DNA of 52,545 bases, taken from the IMG/VR virus record IMGVR_UViG_3300010163_000045, positions 1 to 52,545 of that record; one strand, given 5' to 3'. The stretch's first letter is position 1. Each line of letters starts with the position of its first letter. Made by a program: the position numbers and the translations under genes. Source of the stretch: a virus. The notes under the pieces were generated by a model, which was not told where the DNA came from, made no database searches, and was given only the letters and a program-made list of their open reading frames with translations. Shown piece by piece: positions 43,117 through 51,408 of this stretch.

Positions 43117-44259
43117 ATGGCATGGAAAATGACACATGAGCAAACAGAGGTTGGTTTCGAAGTAGTAAAGATGGAGCAGGCAAAGAAAGCCGGTCACGTA
43201 GTAACATATGTGAAGTATCCTACAATGGACCAGTTGTACACCTACGTAAGAAAGACCAGCCGGAAAGAAGATGGCAACTACGAAACAGTGGTTGACGGAT
43301 GTAGTGTAAGATACAATCCAATTACATTAGAAGTGGTATCGGTTACAAGGTTGTACGATACGAAGGGTATGAAGAAGAAAACAAACCCAGGCAGCTCTGG
43401 TGTAAAGGTTGGCGATGCAGTAGCAAGCATCAAGGCTGAGATGGAAGATAAGGAAATCGAGGTTACCGCCCCCCTTTCTAAAAAGGTTGAATATGAAGAG
43501 GGAATCGTACACCACGAGAAATATGAAACAATCAAGATGTGCCTGATGAGTGATATTCCGGTTTACCTTGCAGGACCGGCAGGAAGTGGAAAGAACCATA
43601 CAGTAGAGCAGATAGCTGATGAGTTAGGTTGGGAGTTCTACTTCAGCAATAGTGTACAGCAAGAGTACAAGTTGACAGGTTTCATCGATGCAGGTGGCAA
43701 GTACCATGAGACAGAGTTCTACAAGGCTTGCACGAGTGATAAGGATTGTGTATTCTTCTTAGATGAAATGGATGCAAGTATTCCTGAGGTACTGGTTCTT
43801 CTGAATGCTGCAATAGCAAATGGGTATTTTGAATTTCCTTGTGGCAGAGTTGAATTAGAACATGTACATTTCGTAGCAGCCGGCAATACGGTAGGAAGTG
43901 GTGCAGATGAAATGTATACCGGTAGAATGGTACTGGACCAGGCAACATTGGACAGGTTTGCAATAATCGATTTTGACTACAGTCTGAGAATTGAAATGTC
44001 CATCAGCAAAGGAAATGCTGATTTGGTAAGTTTCATCAGACAGTTAAGGGAAGAGGCAGACAAGAAAGGAATCAGAGCAACATTCAGTTACAGATGTATC
44101 ACAATGGTGACAAAGTTGGAAGTAGCTGGAATGGATGATGAAGAGATTATCCGGATAGCAGTTATGAAAGGACTGGACAAGGATACAATCAACACATTCA
44201 ACATCAGTGGTGCAACAAAGTATCATGGAGCATTGAAGAAAGTTCAGATGGCGGCATAA
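43117..44259 (+). CDS. AAA+ ATPase (MoxR/AAA_5-like) with an N-terminal extension
   Basis: Has VYLAGPAGSGKNH (Walker A) and CVFFLDEMD (Walker B). Confidence 0.75.
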   Translation: MAWKMTHEQTEVGFEVVKMEQAKKAGHVVTYVKYPTMDQLYTYVRKTSRKEDGNYETVVDGCSVRYNPITLEVVSVTRLYDTKGMKKKTNPGSSGVKVGDAVASIKAEMEDKEIEVTAPLSKKVEYEEGIVHHEKYETIKMCLMSDIPVYLAGPAGSGKNHTVEQIADELGWEFYFSNSVQQEYKLTGFIDAGGKYHETEFYKACTSDKDCVFFLDEMDASIPEVLVLLNAAIANGYFEFPCGRVELEHVHFVAAGNTVGSGADEMYTGRMVLDQATLDRFAIIDFDYSLRIEMSISKGNADLVSFIRQLREEADKKGIRATFSYRCITMVTKLEVAGMDDEEIIRIAVMKGLDKDTINTFNISGATKYHGALKKVQMAA

Positions 44260-44276
44260 GCCGCCTCTGGCTTTTT
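44250..44276 (+). terminator. Hairpin plus T-run
   Basis: GGCGGC-ATAA-GCCGCC spanning the stop codon, followed by TCTGGCTTTTT. Confidence 0.45.
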
Positions 44277-44300
44277 GGAGGATAGGATGAGGATAGGATA

Positions 44301-44399
44301 ATGAAGAGATTTATGATGGTGTTAGGATTATGTTTATTGTTGGTGTTTGCGACAGCATTGTTTGTGGCATGGGTTGGAGCAGGGCACTATTGTGGATAG
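44301..44399 (+). CDS. Possible 32-aa hydrophobic peptide
   Basis: Reads MKRFMMVLGLCLLLVFATALFVAWVGAGHYCG. The SD is weak. Confidence 0.3.
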   Translation: MKRFMMVLGLCLLLVFATALFVAWVGAGHYCG

Positions 44400-44411
44400 G
44401 AGTTGGTCAAG

Positions 44412-44669
44412 ATGGCAAAGTTAGTCGAGAAGAACAGTGAGGGTGATGACAAGATTCTGGAGATTAAGAGAATGACAAGTGGTTATCACTATTGCAATGT
44501 CTGCCATGAGCAGATAAGCGATGAGAATGTCCAGAATTTTGTTATTGGTAACAAAGGACACGAGTTAGCGTTTGGACGTAATAACTTCAGCACAACAGTC
44601 TGCTTGTGTACGGAATGTTTGAATAAGTTTGCAGATTTGTTGTGGCAGTACTTAGAAGAAGAGGCATAA
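44412..44669 (+). CDS. Zn-ribbon protein
   Basis: 85 aa with CNVC...CLCTEC. Confidence 0.55.
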   Translation: MAKLVEKNSEGDDKILEIKRMTSGYHYCNVCHEQISDENVQNFVIGNKGHELAFGRNNFSTTVCLCTECLNKFADLLWQYLEEEA

Positions 44670-44696
44670 ATAAATTAAAATATTTTCAAATAAATG

Positions 44697-44725
44697 TTGA
44701 CATTCGCTTCCATATGGTGTATTAT
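44697..44725 (+). promoter_or_regulatory. Early-family promoter
   Basis: TTGACA, 17 nt (ending GGTG), TATTAT. Confidence 0.65.
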
Positions 44726-44779
44726 ATAATCATAAGGAACACACAACAATAAGTTTTCAGTAGAAAAGGAGATTTCAAG

Positions 44780-45208
44780 ATGAAAAAAGAGATTATGAAC
44801 CAGGTAGCAAAGATGACAGTAGCAGAAATGAGAAAAGCAGCAAGCCAGTACGGTATCAAGAATGCAAAGAAGTACAAGAGGGTTGAGCTGGAGCAGATGA
44901 TGGTTGAGGCAATGGTTAAGGTAGCCGAGGAAAAGGCAGCAGCAGAGAAGGCAGCTAAAGAAGCTGAGAAGAAAGCTGTAAAGAAGACTGAGAAGTCTGA
45001 CAAGCGTTACAAAGCTGCAGACCTGAAAGCAACCAAAGAAGAGATTGAGGCAATGGCAGTTGAAGTGATTAGTAATCTGGCAGACATTGATTTGTTCCAG
45101 GTGAACAGAAAGGTCCTGATTGTGGTTATGAAGAACCTGAAATGTGACCGTTGGTACAGAACATATGACAAGCCGACTATGGTAAATAAAATCATGGCTG
45201 CTGCATAA
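44780..45208 (+). CDS. Lys-rich HeH-like domain protein
   Basis: 142 aa with MTVAEMRKAASQYGIKNAKKYKRVELEQMMVEAM. Confidence 0.6.
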   Translation: MKKEIMNQVAKMTVAEMRKAASQYGIKNAKKYKRVELEQMMVEAMVKVAEEKAAAEKAAKEAEKKAVKKTEKSDKRYKAADLKATKEEIEAMAVEVISNLADIDLFQVNRKVLIVVMKNLKCDRWYRTYDKPTMVNKIMAAA

Positions 45209-45236
45209 GCAGCCTGAGGCAAAGGAGGAGTAAGCA

Positions 45237-45494
45237 TTGATAAAGATGCGTACAAATGTAGAGCCTGATGCTCAATGTTGTGAGTGTGGCAATGGACGGA
45301 ACAGTTCGTTAGAGCTTTTCGATATTTGTATCGGTGGTCAGATATTTACAATCTGTGACCTGTGTAACGAACAGTTGTTCCAGAAAACGTTAAGAGCCAC
45401 TTGCAATGTGAACCACAAAGTGAAGCAGCCGAGTGATATGGCAATAATCAGAAAGCGTCAGGCAGGGAGTTACATCAAGAAGGAGAGTGAGTAG
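45237..45494 (+). CDS. Zn-ribbon protein
   Basis: Has CCECGN...CDLCNEQL. TTG 45237 is well spaced from AAAGGAGG. ATG 45246 is the alternative. Confidence 0.5.
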   Translation: MIKMRTNVEPDAQCCECGNGRNSSLELFDICIGGQIFTICDLCNEQLFQKTLRATCNVNHKVKQPSDMAIIRKRQAGSYIKKESE

Positions 45495-45690
45495 CATGGC
45501 AATGTTGGAGCAGATAGCAAGGACGTATGGTATGAATGCAGATTATCTGGATTGGCATACAGGTCTGATTTATCAGATGCCAAGAGCGGTGGTCAATCCT
45601 GAGAACCCGAATGAGTTGTTGGTGCCGGTTGTTGATGGTACTGGTGTACCTTACGGAACGGCACATATGGAGCGGCCATGTCTGGAATAA
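45487..45690 (+). CDS. Hypothetical protein
   Basis: 67-aa ORF in tight overlap with its neighbours. Confidence 0.45.
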   Translation: MSSMAMLEQIARTYGMNADYLDWHTGLIYQMPRAVVNPENPNELLVPVVDGTGVPYGTAHMERPCLE

Positions 45691-46049
45691 ACTTTGATAG
45701 CATGCCAAGCAAGTATTGGGACGAGCATGTAAAAATCAGTTACTTGCAAAGGAGAATAATCGTATACAGCATCATGTACTACGAAATGAATGAGAGCTGT
45801 GTATCAGACAAACAGTATGATGAGATAAGCCAGCAATTGGTTCATCTGCAGCGGTCAGTCGACTTGAAAGAGTTTAAGAGGTCTACTTACTATTATGCAA
45901 TGTATGACTTCGATGGTTCCACTGGTTTCGATATTCCAAGTCGGCTGACCAAAAAGGACAGGCAATATCTTACACAGATAGCGACTATGGTGTTGCAAAG
46001 CTGGAAGAACCATACAAGTGCAGAGGAGAGGAGAAAGCAACTATGCTGA
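45678..46049 (+). CDS. Hypothetical protein
   Basis: 123-aa ORF with YSIMYYEMNESCVSDKQYDEISQQL. Confidence 0.5.
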   Translation: MSGINFDSMPSKYWDEHVKISYLQRRIIVYSIMYYEMNESCVSDKQYDEISQQLVHLQRSVDLKEFKRSTYYYAMYDFDGSTGFDIPSRLTKKDRQYLTQIATMVLQSWKNHTSAEERRKQLC

Positions 46050-46402
46050 AAAGAAAAGAGCTGTCCAACCTGAAGCATGACGATACCAGAACATTAGTTG
46101 GTTTCAGTTATGATGTGGTGGACAAGGATAGAAGAGAGAGTGACCCGGAGCGGTTATGTTTCATGGCAGATTGGGTAAAAGGCGAGCAGCCGGGAGAATG
46201 GAACATGAGAGTGGTGCTACCGAGAACAAGGGATGCAGACAGTCAGGTTTACAATTTCGGTTATGTAATGCCGAGAGAGGGTTTGCCGGTAGAGCTTATT
46301 GCTGCAACTGGGCTGAGGTACTTCCAGATGTATCTGAAAGAGGAAGTCCAGAGGAAAAGCAACTACGACTTCGTGTTGGGTGAGTTGCTGAGGGATATGT
46401 AA
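46043..46402 (+). CDS. Hypothetical protein
   Basis: 119-aa ORF. Confidence 0.5.
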   Translation: MLKRKELSNLKHDDTRTLVGFSYDVVDKDRRESDPERLCFMADWVKGEQPGEWNMRVVLPRTRDADSQVYNFGYVMPREGLPVELIAATGLRYFQMYLKEEVQRKSNYDFVLGELLRDM

Positions 46403-46881
46403 TGGCTATGAGACGAAGTGGTAAGGAATACCGAAAGATTGAAAAGGACGTTATGGAGTTGTTAGGTCTGGAGCCAACAAAGAACAGTGGTTCAGGTTGG
46501 ATTGAAAAAGAAGATGGTCAGTCCGATAATGTTCTGTGTCAGTTGAAGAGTACTGATGCACAGAGTATTAAGGTTGCAAAGTACGATTTGGACACGTTAC
46601 AGTACAATGCTATGGTGGCACACAAGTTACCGGTATTTGCAATCCAGTTTTTAGGAAGCAATGAGGTATATTTGGTGATGAAGCCGGAAGTGCTGGAGGA
46701 CATGGCAAAGTATTTGAAAACCGGAGAAGCACCCGAGCCATTTATCGGGATTGATTTAAGTGAGCATGAGGACATGACTGCTATTGGTGGTCGAGTAATA
46801 AAGTCAAGCTCAAGTGCAAGAGAGCAGTTCCACGAGGAACAAGAACAGAAGTATGGAAAGAAACGGAGGTCAGCTACATGA
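46402..46881 (+). CDS. Possible Hjc/PD-(D/E)xK-fold protein
   Basis: 159 aa with NSGSGWIEKEDGQSDNVLCQLKST, a pattern reminiscent of resolvase-type nucleases. Weak evidence. Confidence 0.3.
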   Translation: MAMRRSGKEYRKIEKDVMELLGLEPTKNSGSGWIEKEDGQSDNVLCQLKSTDAQSIKVAKYDLDTLQYNAMVAHKLPVFAIQFLGSNEVYLVMKPEVLEDMAKYLKTGEAPEPFIGIDLSEHEDMTAIGGRVIKSSSSAREQFHEEQEQKYGKKRRSAT

Positions 46882-47261
46882 TACCGATTAAGGTAAGTCA
46901 GGTGGTCAAGTATGGTGGACATAGCCTTGCGGCATCTGGTTCTGTGAACCTGACGTTCAAAGCAATGTACTCCGAGTTGACCAAAACGATACAGTTGCAT
47001 CAGATGCTGAACAATGATGTGACGGTCAAAGCAAAGTTGCCGGGGCAGGCAAAGCCTATTATGTTAGGAATGTTTCGCATCAGTGGTTTGAATACCTCTG
47101 GCGATGGATGCAGCACAATAAAACTGAATGGCCTGAATACATATGTTGAAATGGACAATTTGAATTTGCTGCCAACCAAGCAGGATGGTGATGACGATTT
47201 GTTTATTGTCCGGTATGAGGCTGAGATAGAGGAGGAGGACGAAGACGGTGGCGAAGAGTAA
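46878..47261 (+). CDS. Hypothetical protein with an acidic C-tail
   Basis: 127-aa ORF ending EIEEEDEDGGEE. Confidence 0.5.
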   Translation: MIPIKVSQVVKYGGHSLAASGSVNLTFKAMYSELTKTIQLHQMLNNDVTVKAKLPGQAKPIMLGMFRISGLNTSGDGCSTIKLNGLNTYVEMDNLNLLPTKQDGDDDLFIVRYEAEIEEEDEDGGEE

Positions 47262-47514
47262 GACAGAGTACACTGAGATTACCAAAGCAGCAGTAACCGA
47301 GAGCCGGAACATTATCATCAGTGATTGTTCCAGAGGCGGCTTCACAATTGCTCAGCAGGTGGTTGTAAAAGAGGAAGACAGAGAGACGCCGGTATTTATG
47401 AAAGGAGCCTTTCATGTTGATGATATCCACGGTCTGTATAATTTGAGAGATTCGTTGAATCTGGCAATCCAGACCATAGAAAATCGGGAAAACGGAGAGG
47501 AAACATGGGATTAG
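47248..47514 (+). CDS. Hypothetical protein
   Basis: 88 aa with a GTG start after GAGGAGGAGG. Confidence 0.5.
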   Translation: MAKSKTEYTEITKAAVTESRNIIISDCSRGGFTIAQQVVVKEEDRETPVFMKGAFHVDDIHGLYNLRDSLNLAIQTIENRENGEETWD

Positions 47515-47564
47515 TGGTCAATATCACCAAAACGAATATTTAACAAAATATTTCGTATAAACTG

Positions 47565-47593
47565 TTGACTTTAACGTAGACCTGGTGTAAGAT
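47565..47593 (+). promoter_or_regulatory. Early-family promoter
   Basis: TTGACT, 17 nt (ending GGTG), TAAGAT. Confidence 0.65.
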
Positions 47594-47666
47594 ATAATCA
47601 TACCAAATAAATCCTCAGTTGAGGAAACACAAACCTATATTTCAAGAAGAAAAGGAGAAAACAAAA

Positions 47667-48380
47667 ATGAAGAATTGGACAATCAATGAAGCAGTGAAAG
47701 TTATCAATGAGAATCAGGACATTGAGGCGGTCAAGGAAATCGTCTCCCATTTCCCGGTATTCGCAATGGCGGCGGCAAAGAACGATTTGGCTGGTGTAGC
47801 AGCCCTGATGGGTGAGAAGTTCACTCTGAACCGTCTTTCCAAAGAGCCTATCGACATCACTGCTGAGAACGAAGGCGGAGCAGAGGACGCTCCGGCAAAC
47901 GGTGGCAAGGCTGAGAAGGCTGCTCCGGTTGGCGACAAGGCACTGGAGGATATGACCACCAAAGAGCTGATGAAACTGTGTGATGCACGTGGCATCAAGG
48001 TTCCACACTACGGTAAGAATAAGCAGTTCTATCTGGAGCAGCTTCAGGGTGCAGGCGGCGCAGGGGAAGCGGCTGAAGAGTCTGGCGAGGACTGGGGCGA
48101 TGAAGGCGAAGCTCAGGCAGACCCGTACGAGGGCAAGACTGCAAAGGAGCTGCATGCAATGTGCAAGGAGCGTGGCATCAAGGCTGATATCAAGAAGCCT
48201 GCTAAGTTCTATGCTGACCTGCTCCGCAAGGCTGATGCAGAGGCTGAGTCCGGTGACGACGGTGAAGAGGACTGGGGCGATGAAGGCGAAGAGGAAGCTC
48301 CGGCCGAGAAGAAACCCAGCAAACCCGCTGCAAAGCCGGCTGCTAAGGCAAGTGCTGATGACGAGAATTGGGACATCTAA
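47667..48380 (+). CDS. Protein with 2 HeH repeats, 2 DWGDE motifs and a Pro/Ala/Lys tail
   Basis: ATG 47667 follows AAGGAG. Has LEDMTTKELMKLCDARGIKVPHYGKNKQFYLEQL and KTAKELHAMCKERGIKADIKKPAKFYADLL. Confidence 0.65.
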   Translation: MKNWTINEAVKVINENQDIEAVKEIVSHFPVFAMAAAKNDLAGVAALMGEKFTLNRLSKEPIDITAENEGGAEDAPANGGKAEKAAPVGDKALEDMTTKELMKLCDARGIKVPHYGKNKQFYLEQLQGAGGAGEAAEESGEDWGDEGEAQADPYEGKTAKELHAMCKERGIKADIKKPAKFYADLLRKADAEAESGDDGEEDWGDEGEEEAPAEKKPSKPAAKPAAKASADDENWDI

Positions 48381-48427
48381 TCGGTGTCCCCGTCACTCCA
48401 CAGAACAAACGATAGGTAAGCGAGAGT

Positions 48428-48461
48428 GGCGGGTATGCAGAAATGTGTATCCGCCATTTTT
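48428..48461 (+). terminator. Rho-independent terminator
   Basis: GGCGGGTA..TATCCGCC stem (8 bp including one G-U) followed by ATTTTT. Confidence 0.6.
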
Positions 48462-48476
48462 AATTAAGGAGAGCTT

Positions 48477-48836
48477 ATGACGACGAACCAGATACTGCAA
48501 TTGGATTGCAGAGAGGAACAAAATAGAGAAATCATACAGAAAGTGTTGAAGAAGATTGGACCACTTTCGAAGTACTCAGAAGAGGAGCAGGTGCCTTTTG
48601 AAAAGGTGGAAAAGTTAGTTACGGTGTTAAGCAAGAGGTACAATATACGTGTTAGAGATTTCGTTCCTGACGTATGGAGTAACAGTAATGAGTCAATATG
48701 GAGGGCAACGGTAATCAATGATACGAACCTACAAACAATAAAGCTGGTATACGGATTATCAGTATATGAGGTTTTCGCTAAGGCAGCAATCTGCATGTAC
48801 ACGGTAAGAGAAGAAGCTGGCAGAAGGCAGGAATGA
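48477..48836 (+). CDS. Hypothetical protein
   Basis: 119 aa with SD AAGGAG. Confidence 0.55.
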   Translation: MTTNQILQLDCREEQNREIIQKVLKKIGPLSKYSEEEQVPFEKVEKLVTVLSKRYNIRVRDFVPDVWSNSNESIWRATVINDTNLQTIKLVYGLSVYEVFAKAAICMYTVREEAGRRQE

Positions 48837-48839
48837 TGG

Positions 48840-49310
48840 ATGAAAATAGTTAAGATATACACAGACGGTGCTTGTTCTGGCAATCCAGGACCTGGTGGTT
48901 GGTCGGTGGTTGTTAATCTGGATGAAGAGTGCAAACAGTATTCCGGTGGAGAAGCAAGCACGACCAACAACCGAATGGAATTGACGGCAGTTATCCGGTG
49001 TCTGGAAATGATATTGAAGAACAAGAGTAAGGATGCAAGGTTTGAGATACATTCCGATAGTGCATATGTGGTCAATGCAATCAATAACAGATGGTTGGAA
49101 AGTTGGGAACGAAATGGCTGGCGTACCAAACAGAAGGAGCCAGTGAAGAACAAAGACTTGTGGGAGCAGGCAGCAAAGTGCTTGTATAACATAAGAAAAG
49201 CGAAACAGTCGGTGGTGCTGATAAAAGTGAAAGGCCATGCTGGTAACACATTTAATGAGCTGTGTGATAAGCTGGCAAAAGAAGCAGCAGCGCAAGCCGG
49301 TAGAAAGTAG
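48840..49310 (+). CDS. rnhA: Ribonuclease H (type 1)
   Basis: Has IYTDGACSGNPGPGGW, NNRMELTA, HSDSAYVVNAI and VKGHAGNTFNELCDKLA. Confidence 0.9.
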   Translation: MKIVKIYTDGACSGNPGPGGWSVVVNLDEECKQYSGGEASTTNNRMELTAVIRCLEMILKNKSKDARFEIHSDSAYVVNAINNRWLESWERNGWRTKQKEPVKNKDLWEQAAKCLYNIRKAKQSVVLIKVKGHAGNTFNELCDKLAKEAAAQAGRK

Positions 49311-49317
49311 GTGCAAC

Positions 49318-49704
49318 ATGGGAAAAATGTTTTATACGCAGCAGTTTGGCAAAAAAACATTCCGTGGTGCATCTGCGAAAGATGCCTACATGAATGCATG
49401 CAAGTGGTACGCAACAAATGTGATAGCCAAAGACAAGCTGCATCATATTCAGGCTGAGTACATAAAAGAAAAAGACGACAGTGTGACGTTGGTGTTATAT
49501 GCATCTATTCCGGAGAAGGAAGTGTTAGACCAACATTGCACTTGCTGTAAGGAAATGCATCACAGTTTCTTCATCAATGAGGACACGCACTGTGATAGAT
49601 GTAGTGCAGTTGGTTTCCAGAGACGGCTCCAACAGAAACTGGCAATCAAGATTGATTACTACAAGCAGATACTGAGGAAAATTGTAGAAGAAAGCAGAGG
49701 ATGA
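49318..49704 (+). CDS. Hypothetical protein
   Basis: 128 aa from ATG 49318. Has a Cys cluster, CTCC...CDRC. Confidence 0.5.
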   Translation: MGKMFYTQQFGKKTFRGASAKDAYMNACKWYATNVIAKDKLHHIQAEYIKEKDDSVTLVLYASIPEKEVLDQHCTCCKEMHHSFFINEDTHCDRCSAVGFQRRLQQKLAIKIDYYKQILRKIVEESRG

Positions 49705-49708
49705 TGAT

Positions 49709-50110
49709 ATGAAGATACCAAAGTGGTTGTCCATGATTAAGGACATTACAATGGACGTATGGTATGAGGTGGTATATTTCGTTCAGATGAACATGAGGTA
49801 TGCTGCAGCTCTGGCAGAGATAGCGTTACCGTATGGTATGTATGTTTTAGGACAGAGTGTGGCGTTATCCAGAGGAAGTATTGAGGTTGGAGGAGAAATC
49901 TTCATTCCGATACTGTGTACAGTGGTTATCCATTACATCAAAGAGTTTGCCAATAAGTCTGGCAAAGGGAACACAATCCCAATACCGGCAAAGAGGTTCA
50001 CCGAAGTAGATGACGATGGAGAGGTCAGTGTTGATAACAAGCGGCTCCAGGAGCTGTTGCTTTATGTAGCAGACCTCGAGGACTATATGACGAGAAAGAG
50101 GTGGTTGTAA
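49709..50110 (+). CDS. Membrane protein
   Basis: 133 aa with 2-3 hydrophobic helices. Confidence 0.5.
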   Translation: MKIPKWLSMIKDITMDVWYEVVYFVQMNMRYAAALAEIALPYGMYVLGQSVALSRGSIEVGGEIFIPILCTVVIHYIKEFANKSGKGNTIPIPAKRFTEVDDDGEVSVDNKRLQELLLYVADLEDYMTRKRWL

Positions 50111-50637
50111 TGGCAATCGCCGCATGGAGATACTTCACACATCAGACTGAGTGGAAAGCATACTTGCAGGATTTGGTATCACAGAACGATACTGCATTAT
50201 TGAGGTCAATAATCCTGATTGATAACTTACAGACTGAGCCTGAGAGGAAAGCAAAAGAGAGTGTTGAGGATAACAACGTTGGATGGACAAAGCAGGACGC
50301 CAAAGAAATGGGAGAGATTGCTGATAAGATTCGCAATCGGGAACAATTAAGTAAAGGCGAGCTGGCAAAGTCCAGAAACAAGATGAAGAAGTATTGGAAG
50401 CAACTGATGGTAATATCTAAACGGCAACGAACGGAAAACGAAATGCAGCAGTTGGCTGAGATACAAGAGCAAAAGGAACAGGAACGTATATCCAGAGAGG
50501 AGCAGTTCAGGGAATACAGCAGAGCCCTGCAGGAGTGTTCAGAGAATGGCAAGCCTTGTGAGTATGGTATATGTGACGAGTGTCCAGTAACAAGAGGACT
50601 GCAGATGCGTCTTCAGTTAGGAGGAACAAATGAATAA
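50110..50637 (+). CDS. Hypothetical coiled-coil protein
   Basis: 175 aa from ATG 50110 (TAATG overlap). Confidence 0.5.
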   Translation: MAIAAWRYFTHQTEWKAYLQDLVSQNDTALLRSIILIDNLQTEPERKAKESVEDNNVGWTKQDAKEMGEIADKIRNREQLSKGELAKSRNKMKKYWKQLMVISKRQRTENEMQQLAEIQEQKEQERISREEQFREYSRALQECSENGKPCEYGICDECPVTRGLQMRLQLGGTNE

Positions 50638-50758
50638 GTTCCAGCAGAGAAGAAAAGAATACAGAAGAAAACGTTATGAACGGCAATTGGTGATGCATGC
50701 CATCATAATCGTAGTGATATTGTTTATCGTGTTACAAATGAAGATTGGAGGAATGTGA
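50630..50758 (+). CDS. Possible 42-aa basic/TM peptide
   Basis: Reads MNKFQQRRKEYRRKRYERQLVMHAIIIVVILFIVLQMKIGGM. SD is GGAGG. Confidence 0.35.
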   Translation: MNKFQQRRKEYRRKRYERQLVMHAIIIVVILFIVLQMKIGGM

Positions 50759-50759
50759 A

Positions 50760-51017
50760 ATGGGTATGCGCAAGATAGATAGGCGGATGGACTGCCCGTG
50801 GTGTGGTAACGATATGATGTTCAAAGGTATCCTGAACAATCAGCCGAGAGACCAGAAGTGTACGTATTGTCGTAGGTGGGCAACAGTAACACCACACATC
50901 AGAAGCAATAAGGTGACGTTTGAAGTGGAAGCAAAAGATTTTCCGGAGCCTGAGCGTGAACCGGCTTATAAGGACAGATATGCCATGTCTCAGTCCGGTT
51001 TAGAATATGGTCGGTAA
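50760..51017 (+). CDS. Zn-ribbon protein
   Basis: 85 aa from ATG 50760 after GGAGG. Has CPWCGN...CTYCRRW. Confidence 0.5.
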   Translation: MGMRKIDRRMDCPWCGNDMMFKGILNNQPRDQKCTYCRRWATVTPHIRSNKVTFEVEAKDFPEPEREPAYKDRYAMSQSGLEYGR

Positions 51018-51028
51018 GCTCCGGAAAG

Positions 51029-51108
51029 GCGGTATAAATCGATTTTAAGGAATAGGGTGTAGATTCTTGCCAGAGAAAAAGCAAACCACCTTAAAATCGA
51101 TTATACGC
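51029..51108. repeat. Long imperfect inverted repeat
   Basis: GCGGTATAAATCGATTTTAAGG (51029-50) faces CCTTAAAATCGATTATACGC (51089-108). 14 bp are perfect, with extensions. The spacer is 38 nt. Confidence 0.75.
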
Positions 51109-51152
51109 GTTTATAAAGCCGGAAATATTTTTGAGAAATTTTGAAATATCTG

Positions 51153-51181
51153 TTGCCATTTTCCTTATAATGGTGTATGAT
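51153..51181 (+). promoter_or_regulatory. Early-family promoter
   Basis: TTGCCA, 17 nt (ending GGTG), TATGAT. Confidence 0.55.
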
Positions 51182-51232
51182 ATAGATAGTTCAAGAGAGA
51201 ACAAAAATAAGTCCTTAGAGGAGGAAATAAAG

Positions 51233-51382
51233 ATGACATTATTCCAGATGAACCAGAAAAGAGAGAGAACAGAGAAGCAGATGTACAAAGAGATTTCCAA
51301 AGGCAATTTCGATAAGGCTGATAAGCTGAGAAAGAAACTGGTTGACCTGGATGTTCAGATTTTAGCAGCTAAGATGGCATAA
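51233..51382 (+). CDS. Small basic coiled-coil protein
   Basis: 49 aa from ATG 51233, which follows GGAGGAGG. Confidence 0.45.
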   Translation: MTLFQMNQKRERTEKQMYKEISKGNFDKADKLRKKLVDLDVQILAAKMA

Positions 51383-51408
51383 GAATCTCTAAGAAGGAGG
51401 AACGGAAG

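Noticed and set aside
43543-43550. Additional CTGATGAG matches (also at 5636-5643), considered as further hammerhead cores
   Set aside because: Both lie inside well-supported CDSs. Neither has a correctly placed C-GAAA element, a complementary stem II or a cleavage triplet with stem I pairing.
45195-45216. Possible terminator GGCTGC-TGCATAA-GCAGCC after 44780..45208
   Set aside because: It is a short stem with no following U-run, and the next gene starts within ~25 nt. Not convincing.
48464-49504. 346-aa ORF on the minus strand
   Set aside because: It is antisense to three well-supported + strand genes, including a clear RNase H. It has no motifs or SD.
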